64,000 nucleotides of DNA from an uncultured delta proteobacterium (GCA_963696385.1 CAVOKF010000003.1:384001-448000); one strand, 5' to 3'. Positions 52,154 to 63,176 are shown, counted from the first letter of the stretch. Notes: a model not told the origin generated them from the letters alone. Made by a program: numbers and translations.

Positions 52154-54602
52154 ATGGCAAAGACACTCGTGGTCGTGGAGTCGCCCGCGAAGGCCAAGAC
52201 CATCAAGAAATATCTGGGGGCCAACTTCGAGGTCGTCGCCTCCAAGGGTCACGTTAAGGATCTTCCCGAAAAAGCTGGGCGTCGACATCGAAAAGGGCTT
52301 CCAGGAGACCTACGAAGTCGTCCCCGGCAAGGAGAAGGTCCTCCAGGAGCTCAAAGTAGCCGCCCGGGGCGTGGACGAAGTCTTGCTTGCGACCGACCCC
52401 GACCGCGAGGGCGAGGCGATTGCCTGGCACATTGCAGAGGAGCTCAAGTCGAGCAAGAGATTGACCAAACGTGTCGAATTCCACGAAATCACGAAAAAGG
52501 GCGTCGAATACGGCGTCGCTCATCCGAGAGAGCTCGACAAGAACCTGTACGATGCCCAGCGCGCGCGTCGCGTCCTCGACCGAATCGTGGGCTACGACGT
52601 GTCCGCACTCGTGTGGAGCAAGCTCGCCTTCGGGCTGAGCGCGGGGCGTGTCCAAAGCGTTGCTTTGCGGCTCATCGTCGACCGAGAACGCGAAATCGAG
52701 GGATTCGTACCGGTCGAGTACTGGAACTGCGGCGCGGCGCTGGCGGCCGTCAACGGCGGCTCGAACGGGCACACGTTCGTCGCGCGACTCGCATCCCGTG
52801 GCGGGGACAAGATCGCCGTCAGCAACAGCGATGAAGCCGCCCGGGTACGAGCCGCTCTCGAGGTCGCGACCTACACCGTCTCGAAGGTGACGCGGAGCGA
52901 ACGCAAGCGCCACCCGCCCGCGCCGTACACCACGAGCAAGCTGCAGCAGGATGCAGTCAATCGGCTCGGTTTCGGGGCGAAGCGAACGATGCAAGTCGCG
53001 CAAGGGCTTTACGAGGGCGTCGACCTCGGCAAGGACGGCGGTCCCGTCGGCCTCATCACGTACATGCGCACCGACTCGACGCGGCTCTCGCCGGACGCGG
53101 TCAACGACGCCCGAGGCTTCGTCGCGGCGCGATACGGCGCAGCATGGGTTCCGGCGCAGCCGAACGTGTTCAAGTCCAAGAAGAACGCCCAGGACGCGCA
53201 CGAGGCCATCCGTCCGACGTCGCTCGAACTGCCGCCCGACGCGGTCCGTCGGCACCTCAAAGACGAGCAGTTCAAGTTGTACAAGCTCATCTGGGACCGC
53301 TTCGTGGCATCTCAAATGACACCGGCGGTCTACGACCAAACGAGCGCCGAAATCGACGCCGCGGCCCCCGAAGGCATTTCGGGAGGCGTCACCTACGGTC
53401 TGAGGGCGAGCGGCCGGGTGCTCAAGTTCAGCGGTTGGCTCGAAGCGTACGGCAAAGGCGAATCGACCACCAAGGCGGGATCGCTCGCCGGTGAAGGTGA
53501 GGGCGACGACGAAAGGGCGCAACGCACCAACGGCGAGGCCCGTGACGCAAAGGATCTTCTGACCGACGATGCCGAGGCGACCTTGCCCGAGTTGGCGGAA
53601 GGTCAAGTGCTTCGCTTGGTCACTCCGCCGGGGGTGATCGCGGAGCAGAAGTTCACGCAACCCCCGCCGCGATACTCCGAGGCGTCGCTCGTCCGTGAAC
53701 TCGAGGAGCGCGGTATCGGTCGACCGAGCACGTACGCCGAGATCATCAGCAAGGTGCAGGCGCGCGACTACGTGGAAAAAATCGACGGTGGGCGGTTTCA
53801 ACCAACGACGCTCGGGAAGTTCGTCGTCGACGGCCTCGTGAAAAGCGAGCTCGATTTCATGGACCCGGCGTTCACGTCGAACATGGAAGAAGAGCTCGAC
53901 GAAGTCGCTGCGGGTCACGAAGAGCGAGTCGACTTGTTGAAACGCTTCTACAAGCGCTTTCGCACCCAGCTCGATCTGAGCAAAAAAGGCAAGCGCTGGA
54001 ACCCGGAACCGGAGCCCACCGATCAGCGGTGCGACCTGGATGGCGGGGTCATGTTGAAGCGCTGGTCGCGCAACGGTTGGTTTCTGGGGTGCGAGAATTA
54101 TCCCGTGTGCAAAAGCACCCGCGATCTCGGCGCCGACGGGCTGCCCGCACAACCCCGCGCGACCGGCATCGACTGCGACAAATGCGGCAAACCGATGGTC
54201 ATCAAGAGCGGCCGTTTCGGCGAGTTCTTGTCGTGCACCGGCTACCCGGAATGCAAGAACGCGAAGCCTGTTCCCCTCGGAATCAAGTGCCCCAAATGTG
54301 GCGGCGACCTCATCGAGATTCGCCCCAAGAAGCGCGGGGGAAAGACCTTTTACGGCTGCTCGAACTACAGCGACGAATCCATCAAGTGCGACTTCAAGCT
54401 CTGGCAAAAGCCCCTCACCGAGCCGTGCCCGGACTGCGGAGCAACGTTTCTCCTGCTGGGCGGCACGCGGGCACGGCCCGCCATCGTGTGCGCGAACAAG
54501 GAGTGCGGATACAAGCGCCCGGTCGGCGAGCCCCCACCCAATGCATCGGCACCGATTGGCGGCATCCCGGACCACGAGCAGACGCCGAGTGCGACGGCCT
54601 GA
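52154..54602 (+). CDS. topA: DNA topoisomerase I (about 815 aa; one extra base near 52265)
   Basis: [33 protein letters not shown], catalytic [25 protein letters not shown]-terminal zinc ribbons. Confidence 0.95.
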
Positions 54603-54656
54603 AGGGGCCGACCGCGCAAGGTGCTCTTTCTCGAATGACGCCGAATCGTTGAGCGC

Positions 54657-54998
54657 ATGGTGACTCGGTTGGGGTCGCAAGACGCCTTCGACATCGCCGC
54701 GCGCGCCGTCGATGAAACGAGCGATGAGGCCTTCGATCGCACCGCGTTCGCTCTGCACGCGCTCGACCTGGTGAATCCGGGGCGATGGACTATCGCCATC
54801 TGCGAGGGAGCCGCGCATATGCGAGTCGAGACCGGCCCGATCTGGGGGCAGCGCAACCGGCGATGGGCCTTGCTCGCGGTCCCGCCGAAAGCCTCGAAGC
54901 GAGCCATTGCCCTCGCCGTGGCCGAAATGACGCAGTGTCCTGCCGCGTACGCGCTCGATGTGCTGATGGACGAAGCCTCACGGGCGGTGCTCGGATGA
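54657..54998 (+). CDS. Hypothetical protein (113 aa)
   Basis: Fills the topA-greB gap, protein-like composition, ATGA overlap with greB. Confidence 0.6.
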   Translation: MVTRLGSQDAFDIAARAVDETSDEAFDRTAFALHALDLVNPGRWTIAICEGAAHMRVETGPIWGQRNRRWALLAVPPKASKRAIALAVAEMTQCPAAYALDVLMDEASRAVLG

Positions 54999-55471
54999 GC
55001 GAGACATCCGGCGCTTACATCACGCGCGAAGGCGCCAAACGCCTCCAGGACGAGCTCGCGCGCCTGCTCGCTCACGATCGCGCCAAGATTGTAACGGAGG
55101 TCGCGGATGCAGCGGCCCAGGGGGATCGAAGCGAAAACGCCGAGTACATCTACGGCAAGAAGAAACTCCGCGAGATCGACCGTCGGATCCACTGGCTCAC
55201 CAAACGGCTGGAGACCATTACGGTCGTCGAGCCACGGGAGGTGGTCGCCGGAGTCGTGTTCTTCGGGGCCTACGTCGAGGTCCAGGATGAAAGCGGCGCG
55301 AGGACGACCTATCGGATCGTGGGCGAAGACGAGATCGACCTTGATCGCGGATGCGTGTCGTACAGGTCCCCGATCGGCCGAGCCGTGCTCCGACGCCGGA
55401 TCGGAGATGCCGTCCTTCTCGTTCGCCCGAGTGGACAAGTCGAACTCAGGATCGTTGCGGTGCGCTACTAA
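54995..55471 (+). CDS. greB: Transcription elongation factor GreB
   Basis: YITREG, AAAQGDRSENAEYIYGKKKLREIDRRI, VFFGA, IVGEDE, SPIGRA. Confidence 0.94.
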   Translation: MSETSGAYITREGAKRLQDELARLLAHDRAKIVTEVADAAAQGDRSENAEYIYGKKKLREIDRRIHWLTKRLETITVVEPREVVAGVVFFGAYVEVQDESGARTTYRIVGEDEIDLDRGCVSYRSPIGRAVLRRRIGDAVLLVRPSGQVELRIVAVRY

Positions 55472-55687
55472 CGCACATCTTGCATACCGACTCTGAAGTC
55501 CGCTGCACACGTGCAGCGGACCACGCCGCCAGGCGGCGTCGACGGGACTCCGACGGTTTCTACGGGCCGTTCCCGCATTTTCCTGCGGGAAAGGCTCGCC
55601 CGAGCGAAGCCGCCCCCGCGGCTTCTCGCTCTAGCGTCCTGCAATCGAGGCGATCCGAATGATTCCACGGATCTCGAAGACAGGACA

Positions 55688-57373
55688 CTAGCTCTTCTCG
55701 GCGAGAATGATGGTGCGAGGGGACTCATCGCCAAAGAACACCCCCGGCGTCTCTACACGACCACTCACTTCGCGAACTTTGAAGCCTTGTTCGTGAAGAA
55801 TTTTTCCGAGCTCGTGCAAGCTGTAGACTCGAATCGAGTATTCGATCTCGCGTGAACGGCCGTCATCGAGCATCACGGTTCGCTTCACCTTCAGGCGGCT
55901 CGTGATGAAGTCGACGTTCATTTCGTCCATGCACACGCAGCCGTCCCCTTCGAACCATGCAAGCGATGGCGCGTGTCGGATCAGAAAATCGCGGTTGACC
56001 ACGTCGAGAAGAAACCTGCCTCCGGCTTTGAGGGCTCGACCAATCCGCTCGACCACGTTGCAATTCTTGTCTTCCTCAAAGTATCCGAAACTCGTGCTCC
56101 AGCAGTAGACGCCATCGAACTGTTCCTCAAAAGCCATCTCGCGCATGTCGCCCTGCACGAAATTGAGTTTGGCTCCTCGTTCTTGGGCATCTTCGCCCGC
56201 TCGGGCAAGCATCGCGAGCGACAGGTCAAATCCGACCACCTCGTAGCCTCGACGAGCGAGTTCCGTAGCGTGACGGCCTGTGCCGCAAGCAAGATCCAAC
56301 AATGTGCCGTTGCGTTCCACTCCGAGACTCTCCTCGACGAATGTCACCTCGCGACCGATCTGCGCGTCGGTGACCTTTTCGGCGGCCCGCAAGTAGTCGT
56401 CGTTGAAGAGCTCCTCCCACCATAGCCTGGGCTTACGCCGCGCCCCCGAAGCATCGGTCTGCTGCGAGGGCATGCTCCCGACACGCGGCGGCACGATGAC
56501 GAGCGAAGGACGAAGTCCGCGCGAAAGTGGAGCCTTCGAAACGGGGACGAGGGCCGGCGGCGACGCAGCGCGAATGCGCATCGGCGCAACAGGCGACGCG
56601 GGGCCCGCGGGCAGCGTATCGAGCGCCACAACGTCCTCGGCGGCGACCTCGGGAACCTCACCGGGATCCGAGCGACGCCCTGCGTCGTCGGCGTAGGCCT
56701 CGAGGCCGTCGGCCGCGGAGTCCGCTAGGGGACGAGCCGCGGGGCCATCCTGTGCCGGGATCGGAGTCGGGGTCGGTGTCGGAATCGGCGTCGGAATGGG
56801 TGCCCCGGTTGCGGGCGGCAGCGGGGTCGAGGGTGGCGACAGGACGACGCGCGGCGTGAGTGGCAAGGCGAAATCGTCGTCGAACTGCACCTCGACCTCG
56901 TCGTCCGACTCCAGGTCGAGCGGTGCAATCATTCGGGGTGTCGTCGGCTCCGCATCCGGCACCCTGTCGGCCTGAAACCGCAGGTCGCTCGCTTCCGATC
57001 GATTCGGTGGGTCCTCCGGATCGGACGGGGGTGGTTCCGAAATCGTGATGATTCGCGTTGGGGTAACCTGCGGACGCGACGGATCGACGGCCGAAAACGT
57101 CGGCTCCGAAGGAGCCTGCGCGCGCGCGGCCCCTTCCGGCACGAGTTTGGGGCGCGAGATTTCGTCGTCCGGAATGCGCAGCGCATGCCGCCTTCGGCCC
57201 GATCCCGATTCGGACGACTCACGCGACGGCGGGCTGGACGCGCTAACGGCCGCCGCGCCGGAGCCGGACTCCGCATCGGCGGATCTCTCTGGGACCACCG
57301 GGCTCAAACTCTGAACGGTCGTCGCCCCCTCCACCGGCTGGGCCATCGGCACCGCTTGGCGGTCCTCGCCCAT
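55688..57373 (-). CDS. Class I SAM-dependent methyltransferase with long disordered N-terminus
   Basis: LDLACGTGRH, GFDLS, GDMR, TSFGYF, LKAGG in the C-terminal ~240 aa; N-terminal ~320 aa rich in Pro/Ser/Asp. Confidence 0.88.
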   Translation of the reverse strand: MGEDRQAVPMAQPVEGATTVQSLSPVVPERSADAESGSGAAAVSASSPPSRESSESGSGRRRHALRIPDDEISRPKLVPEGAARAQAPSEPTFSAVDPSRPQVTPTRIITISEPPPSDPEDPPNRSEASDLRFQADRVPDAEPTTPRMIAPLDLESDDEVEVQFDDDFALPLTPRVVLSPPSTPLPPATGAPIPTPIPTPTPTPIPAQDGPAARPLADSAADGLEAYADDAGRRSDPGEVPEVAAEDVVALDTLPAGPASPVAPMRIRAASPPALVPVSKAPLSRGLRPSLVIVPPRVGSMPSQQTDASGARRKPRLWWEELFNDDYLRAAEKVTDAQIGREVTFVEESLGVERNGTLLDLACGTGRHATELARRGYEVVGFDLSLAMLARAGEDAQERGAKLNFVQGDMREMAFEEQFDGVYCWSTSFGYFEEDKNCNVVERIGRALKAGGRFLLDVVNRDFLIRHAPSLAWFEGDGCVCMDEMNVDFITSRLKVKRTVMLDDGRSREIEYSIRVYSLHELGKILHEQGFKVREVSGRVETPGVFFGDESPRTIILAEKS

Positions 57374-57375
57374 CG

Positions 57376-58266
57376 TCAGGTCCCCTGCCCGTTCGGTGAT
57401 GCACGAAGACCTGCGGCTTGCAGGCCGGAACCGGATGCTCGAAGAAGCGCCTGTCCGTAGCGAATCGGCCCTTCGCTTGCGAGCCAAGCTCCGGCGGTCC
57501 CCTCCTCGACGAGGACGACGGCCGTCGACCCGAGGTGAAAGGCCCCAATCTCTTCGCCACGAGCGATCCGGATCGGAGGGTCTACAACGTGATCTCCGAA
57601 GGGCACGTCTCGAGCGTCCACGCCGATCACCGTGATGCGGCCGACGATCATGGCGACGACCAGGACGACCCCGACACGGCCGAGGCCTGCGTCAGCGTCG
57701 ATCTCGATGAGCACCCGGCGGTTGCGGCACAGTAGGTTGGCGACATGGCGCATCCCGACCGCGTTCACCGGGAAATAATCCCCCGGAATGGAACGGATAC
57801 GGCGGATCTCGCCCCCGACGGGCGCGTGCACACGATGGTAATCGCCAGGCGACAAGTACACGACGAAGCCGGCCCCAGCCGAGAAGCGCTTCGCTTCCTC
57901 GGCGTCGCCGACGAGTTCCTCGACCGAATAGGCTCGGCCCTTGACGACAAACTCGGATTGCGAGTCGATTCGGACCATGGACTCGATCCGCCCGTCGGCC
58001 GGACTGACCACCGTCTGCGGGTCGGGGGCGACCGGCCGCACGCCTTCGCGCAACTTTCGGGTGAAGAACGCATCAAAGCTCGGCCACGTGCCTGACCCGG
58101 CCGCCTCGTCGAGTGCCACATGGTAGGCGTGTGAGTAAAGACCCACAACTGCGCGCCCGATGACCGGCGACCACCGATGGTCCGCAAGACGGCCGAGCGC
58201 TTGACCGATGCGGGCGCGTGGAAGGACGCGCAGGATCTGGGCGGTGACATAGGTGGCGGCGCTCAT
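57376..58266 (-). CDS. psd: Phosphatidylserine decarboxylase proenzyme
   Basis: FFTRKL, SPADG, YLSPGDYHRVHAP, autocleavage motif LGST. Confidence 0.93.
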   Translation of the reverse strand: MSAATYVTAQILRVLPRARIGQALGRLADHRWSPVIGRAVVGLYSHAYHVALDEAAGSGTWPSFDAFFTRKLREGVRPVAPDPQTVVSPADGRIESMVRIDSQSEFVVKGRAYSVEELVGDAEEAKRFSAGAGFVVYLSPGDYHRVHAPVGGEIRRIRSIPGDYFPVNAVGMRHVANLLCRNRRVLIEIDADAGLGRVGVVLVVAMIVGRITVIGVDARDVPFGDHVVDPPIRIARGEEIGAFHLGSTAVVLVEEGTAGAWLASEGPIRYGQALLRASGSGLQAAGLRASPNGQGT

Positions 58267-58630
58267 CGGTGAGGGCGCCGGTCGCCCGCGAGGAGCGATG
58301 AGCGGCCCAGAGCCACGGGTTGGGTCTCGGTTGTGTTTTGGCAGCGGGCGACGCTGGGCGCCCCTCGGTAATCATGGTACGCGCGGCCATCGGGGCCGGT
58401 CAATCTCCTGGAATTTCGCCCGCTCGGTCGTGTGTTTTCCGTTTCCTTTGGTGCTGCGGATCGGTTCCGCGGTCGCGCGGCTACACGGCGTAAACGAACC
58501 CCCTAGCTTTGTCTTTTCCGGGCTCCGCCGGCTAGCCCCTCCCCCGACGCCGCCCCCGCGATCTCGTCAAGGGCCCATCCCGCAAGAACCCTTGCACTTA
58601 TTTTATTTGCGCGACTTGCGGAATGGACCG

Positions 58631-60247
58631 CTAGTCGCCTTCCGATTCGAACGGCGGCCCAGAAAAGGCGCGAGCCGCATCGCACAAGGAACCCGATGCA
58701 TCCGCGGAAACGACGGAGGTCGACGGATCGGCCCCCTCGCATACTGCCTCGGGATCGAGCGGATCCGCGGACAGCGCTTCGCCAAAGGCCGCACTCATCG
58801 AAGGTGCATTGCCCACTCGGCGCGCCCAGCGACCACGCAGGGCCCACCAGGGACCGAATGACGAACCGACGCGACGCACGTCGGCCACCAAGGGGCCAAC
58901 CTCGCCGGACCGGTTCGCCGCTTCGAGGGCACGGCCGCGAAGCCACGAGACGCTCGGGTCCATGGGCGAGCCCTCGGGGCCCTTCGAAGCGGCGACCGAT
59001 CGACTCGCTTCGATTCGGTCGAGCTCTTTCAGCGCGTCGTCGGCGTGGCCCCTTGAAAGAAGCAGCTCGGCGAGACGAACCCGCTCGCGAAGATCGCGAA
59101 GCGCCGCCGTGCTCTTCGCTTCGCCGCCGAGATCGAACAGCGGGGGCCATGGCGCGCGCGGGCGCGATGCCATCGCCGCGCGCCAACGGCCGTCCCACGT
59201 CTTGAGATCCGCTCCGCTCGCGGCAACGAGCGCCGCGTTCGGGTCCCTGCTATCTCGCACCGCCCGCAGGAGCTTGGGGAGAGCCCCGTCCCCTTCGCTG
59301 TCGACGTAAAATCGCACGAAACTCGTGACTTCGGCGAACGCGACCATCGCGGCGTCGGCGCTCGGGAGCATCGCGATGCTCGGTCCGAGCTTGTCGAACG
59401 CAACGGTCAAACCGCGATCCATGCCATGCTGGACGACGGTCTCCGGCGACGGCAGATCGTCGAACGGTCCCGCCTCGCGCCACCGGATCTCTTGTCGCTT
59501 CGCCACGCCTTCTTGCAGCCACAGGGGCGCTCGATCGCGTGTGATGCGCGTGACGGCCAGATGCGTGAGCTCGTGAGCGATGGTGTCGCGCCAGGGAAAG
59601 CCGTGACGCGTCGCGCGCGGGCTCAACAGCGTCACGCGTCCCCACTTCGCCACCGCGACGGTCCCGGTCGTTTTGGCACTCTCGTAGGGCAATCCCGTCA
59701 TGGCCGACAGAGACAGCAAATCCCGGACGACCACGACTCTCGTCGGGAGCGGCCAGTCGACCTGCAGATCGCGCGAGAGGGCATCGCGTACCTCCGCCAC
59801 GGTGTCGAACAGCAGCGGCGCCAGCGGCGCGTCGTTGTCGTCTTGCCACCGCACTTCGATTCCGCGCGCCTCGTCTCTCGAGGTCATCAGCGAGGCCGTC
59901 ACCCTCTGACAGCCCCGCGCGATGTCCGCCAGCGCTTCGCCATCTCCAATTCGTTGCACGTCCGAGCGTCCAAGGATCGCCGCTGCTCCGTCGCAATCGA
60001 GCTCGTAAAGCGCCAATCGTGCGCGCTCGAGCGCGAACCGGGGATCGTCGGTGATTCGCTGCAGGGCGCCAAGATCGCGACGCGCGTCGTCGAAGTCAAA
60101 GCCGACGATCAACAACTGCAAGCGCTGGGCGAGGTCGACTTGCGCCCGCGAAGGCCTCGCCGCAACGATCCCGAGCGCCCCGAAGAGCACCGCCGCGGTC
60201 CACGCTGTGAACCCTCGCAGTCTCGTGCCGGAACTTCGCGCGTTCAC
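58631..60247 (-). CDS. Secreted peptidase MA-like zinc metalloprotease with TPR-like regions
   Basis: Signal peptide, HELTH, PLWLQEGVA. GTGA overlap with the upstream gene. Confidence 0.82.
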   Translation of the reverse strand: MNARSSGTRLRGFTAWTAAVLFGALGIVAARPSRAQVDLAQRLQLLIVGFDFDDARRDLGALQRITDDPRFALERARLALYELDCDGAAAILGRSDVQRIGDGEALADIARGCQRVTASLMTSRDEARGIEVRWQDDNDAPLAPLLFDTVAEVRDALSRDLQVDWPLPTRVVVVRDLLSLSAMTGLPYESAKTTGTVAVAKWGRVTLLSPRATRHGFPWRDTIAHELTHLAVTRITRDRAPLWLQEGVAKRQEIRWREAGPFDDLPSPETVVQHGMDRGLTVAFDKLGPSIAMLPSADAAMVAFAEVTSFVRFYVDSEGDGALPKLLRAVRDSRDPNAALVAASGADLKTWDGRWRAAMASRPRAPWPPLFDLGGEAKSTAALRDLRERVRLAELLLSRGHADDALKELDRIEASRSVAASKGPEGSPMDPSVSWLRGRALEAANRSGEVGPLVADVRRVGSSFGPWWALRGRWARRVGNAPSMSAAFGEALSADPLDPEAVCEGADPSTSVVSADASGSLCDAARAFSGPPFESEGD

Positions 60248-63156
60248 CGCAGCAGACCCTCCGCGTAGCGCTGTACGGCATCCCTGAGGGCTCCCGTCGA
60301 GGGCTGTCCGAGCCCGCGCATGACCCGGCGCCGAAATTCTTCCGGGCCCTTATGTTCTCCCGCGTTCGGGATCGCGACCGCGTCCCGACTAGGGCCCTGC
60401 CCGTCTGCGTCATCGCCCGCAGAGCGTCCCGGGTCATCGTCGCCTTGAAGCTGCTGGTGCGCCGCCTCGAGGGCGCGCTGTGCTTGTCGCTGCAGGTCGA
60501 GACCCCTGTCGGCATCGCCCTTATGCAGTGCGCGGGCCGCGTCGCGCGCAGCCCGCTCGGCATCCTCAATCGACTCGACCGCTTGTTGCGGAAATGATGC
60601 CTGGCCGCGCCCCCGTTGTGCGAGCTCTCGCGCTTGGTCGGCGAGGCGTTCCTCCTCCTCGCCTCCTTGCTCGAGTCGATCGCGAGCCCGCTCGGAGGCG
60701 CGCCTGCGCAGCTCGACTCGCTGTCCTTCGGCCCACTGCACCTCCCCTTCCATCTTGGTGCGTGCCTCGTCCACCTCTCGCTGTCGTTCCCCATTCGGGT
60801 CCTCCAGCCAGCCTCTTCGCTGCAGCATTCGCTTGGCTTCGTCGAGCGAGCCCACGGCACTTCGCCCACTCTCGACCGCATCGTCCGCCCTTCCATCTTC
60901 GAGCGAGCGCGCCATCTGCTCGGCGAGATCGCGCGCCGCCGAGCCCTTGCTGGTCCACGAATCGCTGCCCATGCCAATGGCGGGCAGTCGCCGCGCTGCA
61001 TCGCGCACCGCCCGGGCGTGGCGCTTGGCCGAATCGCGCAGCTGCTTCATCTCCTCGTCGCTCATCGCGCCCGCGAGCGCCTGTTCGACCTTGTCGATTT
61101 CGCCGGCATGCTCTTGTGCGAGCCGCTCCAGCTCTTGAGCCGCGGCGTTGAAAGCTTGCTCGACGTCATCGGAGGGCGCACCGTCGTCGGCGGACGTATC
61201 GCGAATTCCACCCGATTCTCCACCGCCCCGGCCCCGGCCTCCGCGCGCATCGAACGAGGGATCGGGCTGTCTCAGCCTTGCCGCGAGATCGCGGGCGGCC
61301 AGTTCTGCATGCGCAAAATCGCGCTCGTCACGCGCGCGTTTCACGCGCGCGAGATCGGCGCCGACAATCTCTCCGAGGTCACGTCCCAGCGATCCTAGAC
61401 GTCGCAGGACCTCGCCGCCGGCAGAGAGCACGGCCGTCGCCGCGTCCAAGCGCGCGACGCCGCGCGAGCGGGCATCCGCGGCGTCGTTTTGCACCTGGCT
61501 GGCTCCGCGCGCAAGATCCTCCGCGACGTCGGCCAGCTCCTTGCTGGAGCTGCGCGCGTCGCGCATTCCGAGCCCTCGCACGATTGCATCCGTGACCAGC
61601 AGGTAACGCTCCGTGGCTTTGACGGTATCGGCCTCCGACGCGCTCGAAGGGTGGCGTAGCTCTGCATCCGCCGCGTCGCGCATCAGCTGTTGCTTCGCGA
61701 CGAGCATCGCGCGAACGTGCGCTGGAACACGAACGCCACCGAATGTCTCGGCCAACGAGTCCGTCAGCACTTGCTGGCTCTCAACCACCCTTGTCTGGCT
61801 CTCGATGGCGACCTCTTGACGCTCCTTCAGCGAGGGCCGGTCACCGTTTTCGATGCGCCATGCGAGTGTATCGACGAGTGAATCGCGCAACCGGCGAAGC
61901 ACGTCGAGAAGCCGGGCTTCTGGTTCCCCTATATCGGGCGGAATGACGGTAATCGCGTCGCTGGCGCCCCACTTGGGCCCGTTCAACGGGTCGTTGTCTT
62001 TCGCTTCGACGGTAACGGCCACCGGCGCGTGACTCTTCGCTAGGAAGCCGTCACGCAGCCGCAGCACGCTGCCACCTTTGAAGCTCGTCGTGTCGCCGTC
62101 CAGCCGCGCCAACACGCGCCGCTCTTCGCGCACGCCAGAGCGCAAGACAAGATGGATTTCGCGCAGCCCGTTGTCGTCGGTCACGCTGTAGCGGACGGCA
62201 ATGTCGTCGACGGCATCGATGAGCCTCATCTGTCTGGGGGCGCCCTCCAGTTCGACGGTGGGTGCACGGTCAGGAACGGAGTCGACCGCGAGCGCGCGAG
62301 ACTCGGCGATGACGACATCGCCAAAGCGCGCGACGACGCGCAGGCTGGCGCTCTGCGTCAGCAACCAGCGCGCAACGACCGCCCCCGATCCATCTTCGAC
62401 GAACGGCTCCTCGGACCTGCCGTCCGTCAACAGCAGCAACCTGCCCGGATGGGTCGGCAAGCCCCGCAGCGTCATCGCCGTGCCGTAGGGCAGAACGAGG
62501 GGAGTCGATGCGGGCTCGTGGACCTCGCTTCGGTGAAGGTACTCCGGAGGGCGTGCGTCGAGCTCGACGTCGTCGAGCCAACCCATACTCAGCGGCGCAA
62601 CGCCTCGTCGCGCGACGAGGACGTCGGCTCCCTCCAGCACCGACCACGCTCGCGCGAGCCCGATGCCGAGAACGCAAGCACCCGTGACGAACGCCGCCGC
62701 ACCCACTCGAGCGGCCGATCGCGATGCGTGCTCAATCACCTCTCGAGATGGAATCTGCGCCAGAGCGCGCTCTAGATGGACCCGGGCCAGCTCGGCGGAG
62801 GTGCCGTCCGAGCGCGCTTCACCGCGGGGCCCGAGCAGCGAGAGCGCACGCAGCACCCGATCGGCGCGCCCCCGGTCGATACGGCTTATCGGTCCGGAGA
62901 GAATGCGGGTCGGATCGCTCCGCCGCCGGCCTTCCACGAACCGCCACAGGAGGCTGAACGCCGCGCTCGCGACCATGGCCGCCGCGGCTGCGATCCGCCA
63001 CGGCGGCGTGCCATGGCGCGCACAGAGCAAGGCGAGGACGACCACCGAGGCGCTGAGGGCTACCGACAGCCCGCGGCGCGAGGCGGCCGTGACCGAACGC
63101 CGCGCTTCGGTGAGCTCGACGAGCGGAGCAATGAAGTCGGCCGCCACGCGATCCAT
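60244..63156 (-). CDS. DUF4175-like membrane-anchored coiled-coil protein
   Basis: N-terminal TMs, PPEY, DRAPTV, DDNGL, VEAKDND, long coiled coil, terminal FRRRV...VQRYAEGLLR. Confidence 0.72.
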   Translation of the reverse strand: MDRVAADFIAPLVELTEARRSVTAASRRGLSVALSASVVVLALLCARHGTPPWRIAAAAAMVASAAFSLLWRFVEGRRRSDPTRILSGPISRIDRGRADRVLRALSLLGPRGEARSDGTSAELARVHLERALAQIPSREVIEHASRSAARVGAAAFVTGACVLGIGLARAWSVLEGADVLVARRGVAPLSMGWLDDVELDARPPEYLHRSEVHEPASTPLVLPYGTAMTLRGLPTHPGRLLLLTDGRSEEPFVEDGSGAVVARWLLTQSASLRVVARFGDVVIAESRALAVDSVPDRAPTVELEGAPRQMRLIDAVDDIAVRYSVTDDNGLREIHLVLRSGVREERRVLARLDGDTTSFKGGSVLRLRDGFLAKSHAPVAVTVEAKDNDPLNGPKWGASDAITVIPPDIGEPEARLLDVLRRLRDSLVDTLAWRIENGDRPSLKERQEVAIESQTRVVESQQVLTDSLAETFGGVRVPAHVRAMLVAKQQLMRDAADAELRHPSSASEADTVKATERYLLVTDAIVRGLGMRDARSSSKELADVAEDLARGASQVQNDAADARSRGVARLDAATAVLSAGGEVLRRLGSLGRDLGEIVGADLARVKRARDERDFAHAELAARDLAARLRQPDPSFDARGGRGRGGGESGGIRDTSADDGAPSDDVEQAFNAAAQELERLAQEHAGEIDKVEQALAGAMSDEEMKQLRDSAKRHARAVRDAARRLPAIGMGSDSWTSKGSAARDLAEQMARSLEDGRADDAVESGRSAVGSLDEAKRMLQRRGWLEDPNGERQREVDEARTKMEGEVQWAEGQRVELRRRASERARDRLEQGGEEEERLADQARELAQRGRGQASFPQQAVESIEDAERAARDAARALHKGDADRGLDLQRQAQRALEAAHQQLQGDDDPGRSAGDDADGQGPSRDAVAIPNAGEHKGPEEFRRRVMRGLGQPSTGALRDAVQRYAEGLLR

Positions 63157-63176
63157 CGTAGCAAGAGCGGGCGTAC

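Noticed and set aside
52136..52257. About 100-nt dprA/topA overlap in the ORF track
   Set aside because: Disappears when the extra T at 52104/5 is removed.
33207..54602. polA, dprA and topA as true pseudogenes or recoded genes
   Set aside because: No other decay, the polymerase and topoisomerase catalytic motifs are intact, and breaks share a sequence context consistent with systematic error.
55523..55539. ACGCCGCC-A-GGCGGCGT inverted repeat between convergent genes as an intrinsic terminator
   Set aside because: No U-tract on either side, and such GC hairpins arise readily by chance.
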